From contig AP026154.1 of NCBI GenBank assembly GCA_030295235.1, forward strand, positions 372,001 through 436,000: a DNA stretch of 64,000 nt. Reading direction: 5' to 3'. Positions 50,279-61,783 of the stretch are shown one piece after another. Position 1 is the first letter of the stretch, and each line of letters starts with the position of its first letter. The translations under genes and the position numbers were made by a program. The stretch comes from Fistulifera solaris (taxonomy: Eukaryota). Below the pieces are notes generated by a model that worked only from the letters and a program-made list of their open reading frames with translations, did not search any database and had not been told where the DNA came from.

Positions 50279-51146
50279 CTTTTACACTCTCTCAGTTCTG
50301 TTGTAAATGAGTTTATTGATCTATTTCATGTCCGATTGATTACTGTTGTGTTTTTATGTTTTGAAAATGGAGCAAAAGATTCTTTTTGGATCATCGAAAA
50401 ATGCAAGGAACGTTGTAAAATACTCCGTCTTGTTTATGTAGCTTGAGTACTCGTGATACCTGTATGTTGTACGAGGGGGATCCACCAATTAGCGATTTTT
50501 GGAAGGCAACAACGCACCGGTACCTGTATTCAAATTTTGTTTACGTCTGTTCAGTAATGATTGTTATGGACCTCTCGCAGTTCGCAGTTTTCGGTTCGAC
50601 AAACACGCGCGCGAAAGGGGCGGCAGACGCGAGACCGCAGCCAGAACCGAGAACACGCGACACGCGACAGAGCGACACACCTCGAACCTCGAATTCCTAA
50701 TTATTTATTACTACGAAAAACTTGTTGGTACTGTTTTCCCTCATTCTATACGAGATGATGATGATTCTTCTCGAAAGTCCTGAGACTGTACTAATTACTT
50801 ACTACCTGGAAAATATTATTTACTCTCTAATGGAAATTTTCACGAGCCATAGTTGAGTCTATACACTCTAGGCGACACCCCTTTAGAATGCCCAGCTCCC
50901 TTGTTTAAGCCCCGTTTCAACCAAAAATACTCCGTAACCCTAAGGATCGTAGATCATAGATCATCGAGTCCTCCCTGGACCCTCTAGACTAGCCACTAGC
51001 CTCGATTATAGCTAGACAATCGTAAATCTTACGGAGTAACGCTTTGTGATCTAATTTTTGAATATAAACGATAAATACAGTGAAAACTCGCATGGTATTG
51101 CTAATCTCCTATCCATTATTCTTGGAGAAAATATGTTTGGCAAGGC

Positions 51147-54100
51147 TCATCGAGAAAATAGATTGCCAAGTAGTGAGCGAGCCCCGCGAGATTCAACATC
51201 GTCATCCTCCGCTTTGTTGCTTCGCGAATGTTCACTCGATTGTAAAAGCACTGTTGAAGATGGACTCGCTTCCTCTACGCTTTTTAGACCGAGCAACTCG
51301 AGGCGGCTGTCATCGACATCTTCCGGAAACACTTCTTTGTCGCTGAGCTCCTTTTGAAGATACGCACCCTTCACCAAAGAATCAGCAAAATCATCACCAT
51401 TTTGGATGTCCACTTTCAGGCACTCTTTCGTGGGCAGGTATTCTGCGACTCGGAAGTGCTGTTGCTGGAGGTACGCGTTAAACAATATTGTGCAAATGAT
51501 AAGAGCTAAAGGAAGAAGACGAAACGATAAGAGCGGATTCAAGACACGCGCATACACGAGGACATTTTGAAAACACTTACGGGCCATCAAAGGCGTCGCG
51601 ATACCGGCTTTTTTCAGTCCCATAAGTCCAACCAATGTAAGCTGTGCCACTGTCATGCAAACCATGATGATCCGGATGAAATTAATCCAAATCCTTCCAC
51701 CGCTATCCGGAAGCGTGGGATAAATGTACATGAACTGGTGGAGAAACGCAGGTCGCATGACCATGAAGCAAACACCAAGAAAGAAGCAAGTGAGAGGTGC
51801 TATTGACTGGTATACCTGTGACGAACGAAAGGTGAGAAATCTTGCAAAAAAAAGGAACAAAGGCCTTCGCTTCAGTCTCTTGATTTACCATAAAAATCAT
51901 AAAATAAAGCACCGAGAACTGAGCCATATTCGACGCGTGCTCAAATTCAGAAGGATCGGCAAGAGGCCGGAAAAAAAAGTAGCTCGTCTGTTGTTGTTTT
52001 TTTGTTATACGTGGACCAACGAATTTTCGCACATATGCTAAGACCAGCGGAATGATACGGATATTTTCGAAAGCGAGGCCAGTGACAGTACCAACGAAGG
52101 CGAGCTGAACAAAAAAAGTTGATTGTGCCGGAAGACTGGTTGCGAGGAGGTCAATCGCAGAAAGCGGATCTTCGACGAGCTTTTTGATTTCTTCCAGGAT
52201 CGCTCCGGAAATCGCTGTGACAAAGAACGTTTGAATAATCATAAAAGCGGCAAGCTTACTAAACGTCAACGCCTCTACAACAGATCCCGATACCGGTCCC
52301 TCCCACATGGAAAGCATTTCAAGAATTGCAGGAAGACTAGGCAAGAGTGAGAGGAAAACGTCAAACCATCACCGATTACCGATTACAAGTAGAGCATTCG
52401 GGACCTACTTACAGTGAGTTAAACATGACCACAAGAAGAGGGGCAAGTTGCTGCAATATGGGCTCTAAAGCGGGAAAGGCTTCGACGGCATCCTCGACAA
52501 CCTGAAACTGTTCTTTCAAACCCTCAACTGTTGACAGCGTAGCGAAGAATGCCATTGGAATAGTCCAGAGGAGACATATACCCACAGACGCTGCACGACT
52601 AAGAAGCTTTCCAATCTGAAGCTCTTTGTTCTCACGACCCACGTTGGCCCAAAACACGTCCTGCGGATTTGGAGCCTCCGCGACGGACATCATGAATGGT
52701 GTGTCATGGTGGAGCATCTGCAAAGCTGCATATTTCAAACTGAGAGTTCTAAAGGATACGAAGCCACCGCTGTAATATTCGCCCTCCCTTTCGCCAGCGA
52801 CCAAATTTACTGCGGACCCAACGGCGTTTGTAGCAACTTTAGTAGCACCTTTCGCTGTATTGAGCACGGATCCGACAGCGCCCGAGGCTGTCTTCGAAAC
52901 ACTGGACGGTATCAGTTTGATGCCGTTTCCATGACCGGAATGTGATCCATTCGCCACCATCGAATTATCAATTTTCTCGTCGGAGTAGCTTAATTTGTTG
53001 GATTGTTTGCGCTCATCTGATTCAGAGAGTAGTTTGTCGGTTTCTGTTAATTCATACCTAGAGGGCTTCGATAGCCCGAAAATTCGTCGGGCGGATGGAT
53101 ATAATTCGTCTAACGCGTCCGTCGATGCATTCCCCAAAAGGATGTCTTCCATGACCGTAATACGTACCGAGATGTCGGAATTCAATTCAGCTAGCTCGCG
53201 CGCGAATGCTTTCAACAAGAAAACAAAACGAACGCATCGATGAGCATACGATTTGTCATAGCATATCAATGAAAAGAAGGGAGTAGCACGTACCGTCTAC
53301 CGCATTGACACGATCTCCCGTCATAGCTCCACCCAAAACAGGGATGACCCCGACAGCGTCACTGACTCCAGGAATGCCTCCCACGAGACCCTTCTTGAGT
53401 GTGGGTGCTTTTCCATCCCGCTCTTCAATAGCCAGAGCATTCTCAAGCTTGGCTACCACATTTTCGCGTTTTGTTACCAGACTCGACAGCTTATTGGCAA
53501 TCAAACGAACTTTGGCATCCACAACTGGATCGCCACCGAAACAGTGGTGAAAGAATTCTTCCAACTTTTGGTTGGATCGTATCTCTGATGGAATGTTGCT
53601 CACGTAGACACTGATTGTTGCAAAAGACCGGCCGTGAGTATGATGGCAAGGCAGGTATATGAAATTATGAGACATGGATCACTTACGTGTAATTACAGGG
53701 CCTCGGCTTGCGAAGGAATTTGTGACGCATTTCTATCACCAAGAGAAGTAAGTAAGAGCGCCGCCTTTGTACACTTGCCCATGCTTCAACGTACCGATAA
53801 ACCACTCAAACTCTTGCAAAATCAAATACATGGTATACCCAAACGAAATATAGGCCGCCAAGACGGTCGCCACCAACCGCGCCGATCCGGACGGAACATG
53901 CGACACGGTAATTTGCACCACCCAATCGGTGATGCGATCCGTTTCTTTCGAAGACTCGGCCGTCGCGTAGATTGGTATCAGCCACAAGGCATTGAACATG
54001 CCCACCATACATAGTTTTTGTCCCATCGCCAGCGTCCGCAGAAAAACAAACCGCATCAAGTCCACAATGTTCGGCAATTTCGTCGTCATGAAAGGTAAAG

Positions 54101-54476
54101 AGCATACGAATCCACGAAAAGAAACCATATTGTTCTTGTGCAAGTGGATTCTATTCGTCGACAAATGGTTTGGATGAGTATTCCGTTATCAATGAAGAGA
54201 GCAACAAAACGAAGCTTCCATCGCCGTGCGTACCTTCAAATCGTCCTCCGCCGTCCACATTCGGATGGTGTACGGTTTTGGAAAGGCTTTGCGCACCCAA
54301 CAAAACCCGATAAAGGCCGCGACAAAGATCGATCCATAGATCATGACCATGTCACGGAGAATTGCCGAATCCTTGGGCATTCCGGAAGCGGTTCCAGTAT
54401 TGGTGCTGTTGGTTTCCTGCAACCACCGTGTCTCGAACTCTGGATGATGATGATTCAATAGAATGTACGGCGGCAT
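51147..54476 (-). CDS. OSCA/TMEM63/CSC1-like channel, paralog 2 (multi-exon)
   Basis: HCGLDAVCFLR, GFVSFRT, APNPQDVFWANV, LATSLPAQSTFFV and YIYPTLPDSGGRIW; start uncertain. Confidence 0.9.
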
Positions 54477-55221
54477 ATTGGATCCTTTCAATGCTTGCTT
54501 TGTTGTTTTGTCATGGATCTCCTTCACCTTTTTGAAATAATCAACAGGATCATTCCTCAGTTTTTTTTTTACTTTTTGACAGGCCTGCTTCATTCTTCTA
54601 CAGAAGTATTATTATTATTTTGGTTCTCACTCGGGGAGTGCGATTTGCGGAGCATCGTTCTTCGAAGAAGCAGCCCGGCGTATTCAACGGAAAACGAGGG
54701 TTACATTCCTGTCACAATTGCTAAAAGTACCTGTACACAGTACATGAAGGAAGGGCATTAGGCTATTTTCATTCCAGTAAGGTTACTGGCCTTCCGTAAT
54801 TCTCTCTCTCAACAGTCTCGGAACAGTCGGCCTGAAGAGAAACTTCGAAGAAGATACTCTGTTGCCGATTGCGCAATTGTGGAGAAAATGATGCTGGAAA
54901 GGATTTCGAGTGCTGGGATGCTTGCTGGCTCCTGGGCTGGTAAATACGCAAGGTTAGCCCGTCTACTACATACAATCCTGTCTCACAACTGAACTGAGGC
55001 TGCTATCGATGACATTGTTCGTTCAGCGAGCTTGGTTACGAAAAAATAATTGCCGTAATCACAATGCTACCTTCTATGGTGTTTGAACATTATTTACATT
55101 CTACAAAGAATGCCTCGATTTTTGTATAAAATCCTTGCGGATCGTTGTCTGTTAGTATGCTACGGAGTATAATCTAAAGTGTAGGCGACCTTTTTCCACG
55201 ACTGCTTTTCAGTCATGAGTC

Positions 55222-56617
55222 ATGACTTTTCGCTGTTTTTTCCTACTACAAGTAGTTCCATTCACTTCCTGGCACTTGAAGCGTTTATTCATTTGTATGT
55301 ACGATTCTGTTTCTTCCTATGCATGTCTTTTTCTTCGTAAAGGTCTCATCCTTGGAATAGTGTTCGCGCTGGTGCTACGAATTCCCTTCCTTTTTGTTTC
55401 ACGAGACTTCTCGCGCACAACGAACGACGACCTTACTTCCTCCGACTCTACTAGTAGTAGCCTTCTCAACCACCACCCGTATTTTTTTTCCTCGTTGGGG
55501 AATCGAAGGGATTGTTTTCGATGACTGGATGTCCTTTGTACAAGGACTCGGGAATGGTACGGCATCGACCGTTCTTTCTCCGAAAACACGAAACCGGTTT
55601 CCCGAAATCGTATACGTTGTCGACGCGTACGGCGTTTATGTCAGTTCCACGCTCGTGCAACGCAGTACGTTGCAAAGAACGTTTCAGCATCGTCAAACAC
55701 CGACGGAACAATTGTTTACGGTAGCTTGGCAACTACTGAAGGAAACCAACTCGACACGGTGGAGGCTGCTACAAGAAGCCAAGGAGGGATTTCCGTTCTT
55801 GACGTGGTACGCCGATTGCAAATCGTGTCATTACCACAATTGGAACAATACGTACTCCATTCCTTTATTGACGACGTGTGCTCCTGTTTTGTGTCAATAC
55901 GCCTTTCCTATTCCCAATTATCAAAACGTTTTGAGTGCGCAATCGAATTGGGAACAACTCCAGGCTTCGTATCGAACGCACTATTCGTCGCAGCAACGAC
56001 AATTGTTATGGCGCGGTTCCTTGTCGGCACCCAATGAACATTTTAATAGTACACGATGGCGTGTCGTGGTACACGCCCAAAACGATCCACGGGTGGATGC
56101 CGGATTCGTCTCCATCGGGCACATCAATGCCGGCTTCCAGTGGCAAAACTTGGGTGCTGGCATGTTGCGACCCGCCGTGACACCCATGTCGGACTTTCAA
56201 CGGTATTTCGCCATACTCGATATGGACGGTAATGCCTGGAGTAGTCGATTCGGTGAATTGTTGTGTTACAACTCGATCGTGGTAAAAGTGGAACCCGCCT
56301 ATGTTGAGTCAATCAATCGAGACTTGATTCCCTGGAAACATTACATTCCCATGGCCAGTAATTTATCCGATTGGGACAGTGTCTTGGACTTTTTATTCGA
56401 TTCACGCAACGATGCGAAAATACAAAGGATTATACAAAACGCGAATCACTGGTGTCGTCAACAGTTGACAATGCCCGCGCTGGCGGCTCGCCTGTTGGAT
56501 GTTTGGGAAAATTATTTATGGCACATGGAGAAAGGCAGTCCTCAGTGGCAAGCAAAATGGTCCGAGTACAAGGCATCTATATTTAATTCCGATTTAAATA
56601 TGGTCAAATTGAATTAA
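55222..56617 (+). CDS. GT90 (CAP10/KDELC/POGLUT-like) glycosyltransferase (frameshift in T-run near 55482-55489)
   Basis: LLWRGS, ILDMDGNAWSSRF, NSIVVKVEP, LIPWKHYIPM..NLSD and IIQNA; TM anchor in the upstream ORF 55222..55524. Start uncertain. Confidence 0.82.
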
Positions 56618-56778
56618 CATATTTTACCTCGGCAAGGCATAACTGCGTCCAGTAGCGAGTGATGGGTCCATTTCTAAGTAACGGATCGCCGCGACCGTCA
56701 AAAAGATGTTGCGAGCACGTCAATAACCTGTAATCTCAATTTAAAATAAATTTAGTATCCAGAATTATCTTACTCTTT

Positions 56779-59620
56779 TCACATCTTCGAGGCCGCCGCC
56801 TTCAATTCATCCGACATGGCCACGGTTGCCGCTTTTTCCACAAAGTCGGGCAATTCGTCAAAATTCAAATAACGGTAGGTGTCAGCGGCCGTGGCGTTGA
56901 CTTCGCTCATGTAGGCCATGTATTCATCGACGGTGGGCAGTTTGCCTTCAATACTGGCAATCGCCGCAAGTTCGGCACTGGCCAAGAAAACGTTCGCTCC
57001 TTGTCCCAAACGATTGGGAAAGTTTCGGGTACTAGTCGAGACAGTCGTGCAGCCAGGAGCCACGCGAGCTTGATTGCCCATGCACAACGAGCATCCTGGC
57101 ATCTCCGTGCGAGCACCGGCCGAACCATAAATGCTGTAATAACCTTCCTCGATCAATTGCGCTTCGTCCATCTTGGTAGGAGGCGCCACCCAAAGACGAG
57201 TGGGAAGAACCTTTGACTTTTTTGACCGCATGGGCGTTCAACAATTTACCCGCGGCGCGGAAATGTCCAATGTTGGTCATGCAAGATCCAATGAACACTT
57301 CGTCGATGGGTGTTCCGGCCACTTCCGAAAGAAGAGCCGAAGCATCCGGATCGTTCGGCAAAGCCAACACGGGTTCTTTCAGCTCGTTCAAATCAATCTC
57401 AATAACTTGAGCATAGCTGGCCTTCTTATCGGGTTTCATCAAGACAGGGTTGGCGACCCACTTTTCCATAGCTTTGATGCGGCGCTCCAATGTACGGGCA
57501 TCGCCGTAACCTTCCGAAATCATCCATTTGAGCATAACAATATTCGAGTTAAGATACTCAATAATGGGTTCTTCGTTCAACTGAATCGTGCATCCAGCTG
57601 CAGAACGCTCGGCCGATGCGTCCGACAGTTCGAATGCCTGTTCACATTTCAAGTCCGGAAGACCTTCAATTTCCAAAACACGACCCGAGAAGACATTCTT
57701 CTTTCCCTTCTTCTCCGTCGTCAACAGTCCTTGCTTCAAAGCAGTGTACGGGATGGCCTGGACCAAATCACGCAAGGTAATGCCCGGCTGCATCTCTCCG
57801 TGAAAGCGAACCAACACCGATTCGGGCATATCCAACGGCATGATGCCGGTCGCCGCCGCAAAAGCCACTAAACCACTTCCCGCCGGGAAGGAGATACCAA
57901 TGGGGAAACGCGTATGCGAGTCGCCACCGGTTCCGACCGTGTCAGGCAAAAGCATGCGATTCAACCACGAATGAATGATCCCATCCCCCGGTCGGAGCGA
58001 AACACCACCACGCGTGCGAATAAAGTCCGGTAATGTGTGATGGGTCACTACATCGACGGGTTTCGGGTACGCGGCCGTGTGACAAAAAGACTGCATCACC
58101 AAATCGGCCGAAAATCCCAAACACGCCAAACCCCGCAATTCATCGCGCGTCATCGGTCCCGTCGTATCTTGCGAACCGACACTGGTCATGCGGGGCTCAC
58201 AATACTGTCCAGGGACGACACCTTGGCCTTCGGGAAGTCCACACGCGGCCCCGACCATCTTTTGGGCCAAAGTGAAGCCTTCCACATTAGAATCGGGTTG
58301 CACCGGCATGCGGAAGACATCGTCGACGGCCGATCCTCTTCCCAATGCCTCACGCGCCTTGGCCGTCAATCCACGTCCAATAATGAGAGGAATACGACCT
58401 CCGGCACGCACTTCATCTAACAGGACTTGCGTTTTGAGTTCAAATGTCGTAATCGTTTTACCCGTCGCATGATTCTTGACGACACCTTCGTAGGGGTACA
58501 CATCAATGACGTCTCCCATGTGCAAATTGGAAACATCCAACTCAATGGGGAGAGCACCGGAGTCTTCCATCGTATTAAAGAAAATTGGAGCAATCTTTCC
58601 GCCCAAACAAAGACTGCCGGTTCGCAGATTGGGCACGTACGGAATGTCTTCTCCAAAGTACCACAAGACAGAATTGGTCGCACTCTTGCGCGACGATCCC
58701 GTCCCCACGACATCACCGACGTACGCCAAGGGAAAACCGGTGTCTTGCTGTAGTTTCCGAATCTGGGGGATGGGACCAATGGAACCATCCGCTACTGGTT
58801 CGATGCCATCCCGGGCATTCTTCAGCATACTTGCGGCATGCAAGGGAATATCGGGACGACTCCAAGCATCTTGGGCCGGACTCAGATCATCAGTATTGGT
58901 TTCACCCGTCACCTTGAAGACTGTGACAGTGTATTTTTCGGGCACGTCTGGTTTGCTCAAAAACCATTCGGCATTCGCCCACGACTCCAAGACAGTCGTC
59001 GCTGGTTTGCAGCCATTCTCGTGCAATTCAATGACATCGTGCAAGGCATCAAAGACGAGCAATGTATGCGACAATTGCTGTGCGGCTGTGTCGGCAACTT
59101 CTTTATCTTGTAGCAATTCAATCAAGGTAGCGACATTGTATCCACCTTGCATCGTTCCCAACCATTCAACAGCTTGTTTGCGACTCACGAGAGAACACGA
59201 TTCGGTACCTTTCGCAATCGCACTCAACCACGTGGCCTTGACGTACGCGGCTTCATCAACTCCGGGTGGAACCCGATGTACTAAAAGCTCCAACATTTCT
59301 TGTTTTTCGGCTTCAGTGGCGTCGTTACCTTGCAATTCTTGAATGAGAGTCGAAACTTGTTCGGCCGACAAAGGTTTCGGAGCAATCCCCAAACCGTTGG
59401 CTTCCTTCAAGCGTTCCGTAACATGGGCATGATATTCAGGAAGTAATACGGAAGCTTCAGCAGGGAAAGAACGACTATAATGGCGAGTTTGTTGTACAGC
59501 AGTCCTTTTCGGAGATAAGGCAACAACACGACGATGGGCAGTTTGCAAATTACGACGGGCGTGACTCGCTAACGTCCACGAAACGAGGCTTCGTCGGACG
59601 GCTTGGCGGGATAAGAACAT
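56779..59620 (-). CDS. acnB: Bacterial-type aconitase B (aconitate hydratase 2) with a mitochondrial-type presequence; frameshift near 57220
   Basis: [102 protein letters not shown] and [12 protein letters not shown]. Confidence 0.96.
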
Positions 59621-60315
59621 GATAATATATAGATATGTGATTGAATGGTTGTAAAAAGGATTTGCTATAAGGACGATTCTCCTTTTTCAACAAAGACGGG
59701 TTTTGAGTCCTTCGCTTTTCGGAAGGATCACACAAACAAAAACGACGGCAAGGAAAGGCATTTGATAGATCCGAAAGCGAAAGATCCCTTTTGGAGTATG
59801 GCACAGAACAGTATACGACACTACGAACGTCGACGCGACAGCACAGATGACCCCCAACGATTGCCGGTATTGAAATTTACTTCTAGAACTATAGGAAGTC
59901 ATCGAAAGAACAGCACTGCGACATTTACCTTTCGTCGGAGAAAACAGAACTTCCGCGGCCAGCAAAATCGGAAGGCAAAGAATGCCCGACGTACGACGTA
60001 CGAGCCAATTGTCAGTCACGAGACAGGCGACGGTTGACTCCCGTGTCCCGTGATACAAGCTCGGATTGGATCTCTGCTCCCTCCCTCCTCCTTCACGAGA
60101 GAGAGAAAGTCCATTCATATGGAATAAACAACCATAATAGCATAATACAAAAACGGCGCCGTGTGTCTCTGAAAACATAAATTGAGAAACAGCCACGTAG
60201 AAGTAACAAATCGAATAGATGAAAAAAGTCACATCTAGCAACGTTTAGAGAAAAGACGGACACATTCTAAACTATAGGGATCCCAATCGCTTTCCATTCA
60301 TTCCTACGAATGAAA

Positions 60316-61004
60316 TTAACGGTATCTAAAGAGCGACAAACGGTGAGAATCAAACACACATTTCACACAAAAACGACGACACAAAAACGACACTTACAGT
60401 CCGTTGTTGATGCGGTCAATGACGTAATCGGCACTAGGCTCAAGAGCCGTGAAACGACTTTCGTACTTTTTGATCAATTCCTTCTCTTTTCCCGACAATC
60501 CTGGAATGTTGTACAAGTCTCCTACGGACTTGTAAGGTCCATTGGTGGCGATTTTTCCGGCAACCGTGGGGTACAGACCGGGCATCTTGAGGTACACACG
60601 GACATTGGCATTGTTGACATCGACAATTTCACTGCCACCCAAGTATCCAACATTGTCGTAATCACGAACGGCGTTGGCGGCCATGGGTGCCGCGAGTGCG
60701 GCGGCACCCGCCAAGGCGGACAGGAACTCACGACGTTCGGCTTGCAAGGCGACCGACGGGCGTTCCGCGCTGGGGGTTACGAACGCAGAGGCGGCGCTGT
60801 ATATTTTTGGAAATGAACAAAAAAAAAAGAAAAGGTGAGCGAACAGGTGTATTGGTGTGATACAACATCCGAAACGAAGAGAAACAACAACTTCCGGTGA
60901 AAAGTCGAGATGTCTTGCGGATGCTTTGCCGTGTGTGTACTTGTTTTTGCAATCCTCGCGCTACTTTTTTCTCGGAAAAGCGGCCGTAAATCATCGTATG
61001 AATG

Positions 61005-61038
<34 letters not shown>

Positions 61039-61245
61039 CGAAGCATGAATTGAAGATTGTGAAACGTAATATTGTTGACGGTGCTAATTGCATCCTAAAT
61101 GACTAATTTCTGCCCGTCAACAAGACCGGTCTCGTCGCAACAACTCGCGTTTTATCCGCCTTTCGCGCACTACTCAACAGAAAAACAAAAATAACTCCCT
61201 AATTCACACTTACGTGAAAAGAGCGGCAAAGATAGCGAGCTTCAT
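60316..61245 (-). CDS. psbU: Photosystem II 12 kDa extrinsic protein PsbU; exons 61214-61245, 60398-60796 and 60316-60325
   Basis: Spliced product MKLAIFAALFTAASAFVTPS...ERREFL...ANA-VRDY...VDVNNANVRVYLKMPGLYPTVAGKI...GPYKSVGDL...DRINNGLYR*. It has a signal peptide, an ASAF motif and a twin-Arg lumen signal. Confidence 0.93.
61007..61036. repeat. (AT)15 microsatellite in psbU intron 1
   Basis: Perfect dinucleotide run. Confidence 0.95.
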
Positions 61246-61783
61246 GGTCAAATAATCGTTTGGAGGTATTGTTGTTATGGTTGTTGATGCTAAAGCTCTG
61301 CAGCGATCTCTTCGTTAGTGACGTGCTTCAACTCACGCGTTGCTTGTCGTAGACTTTGTACCTTTGGTTGAGGGTGTATCTTTCCGTCTCGCGTGTCGAA
61401 CGTCGCGCGGTCCTGCGCATCAAGGAGGCGAGGGACGACGAGCCGACAAAAGTCGTACCGGTTTGGTAGCTTGTCAAAATTACACCGGTACTCGTACCCT
61501 CTTCAAACCTGTAGGCTGTAGGCTGCCAAAACTCGCTCGACGAAACCACAAGCGCAGTACCAGTATGTCTCATCACTACTCATCATCATCATAATCATCA
61601 CCTGTTTCCCTCTCATAACATTTTCCGCAAAATCCCAAATTTTCCATTGACCGAATTCGATGCGCCTCCTTGTCAGTCGACCAGACAATCCACCGATATT
61701 TCTTTTTCAGTATTATTGTATATACTGTTATTGTCTTTATTCATGACATCTCATTAAAATTGTCGTTCAATTCAACGGTCCCG

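Noticed and set aside
50935..50943. Telomere-like TAACCCTAA
   Set aside because: A single unit, expected by chance.
57173..59342. Long + strand ORFs (232 aa and 278 aa) opposite acnB
   Set aside because: Antisense shadows of a codon-biased gene.
60728..61093. ORFs with YIYIYI runs
   Set aside because: Translation of the (AT)15 microsatellite inside the psbU intron.
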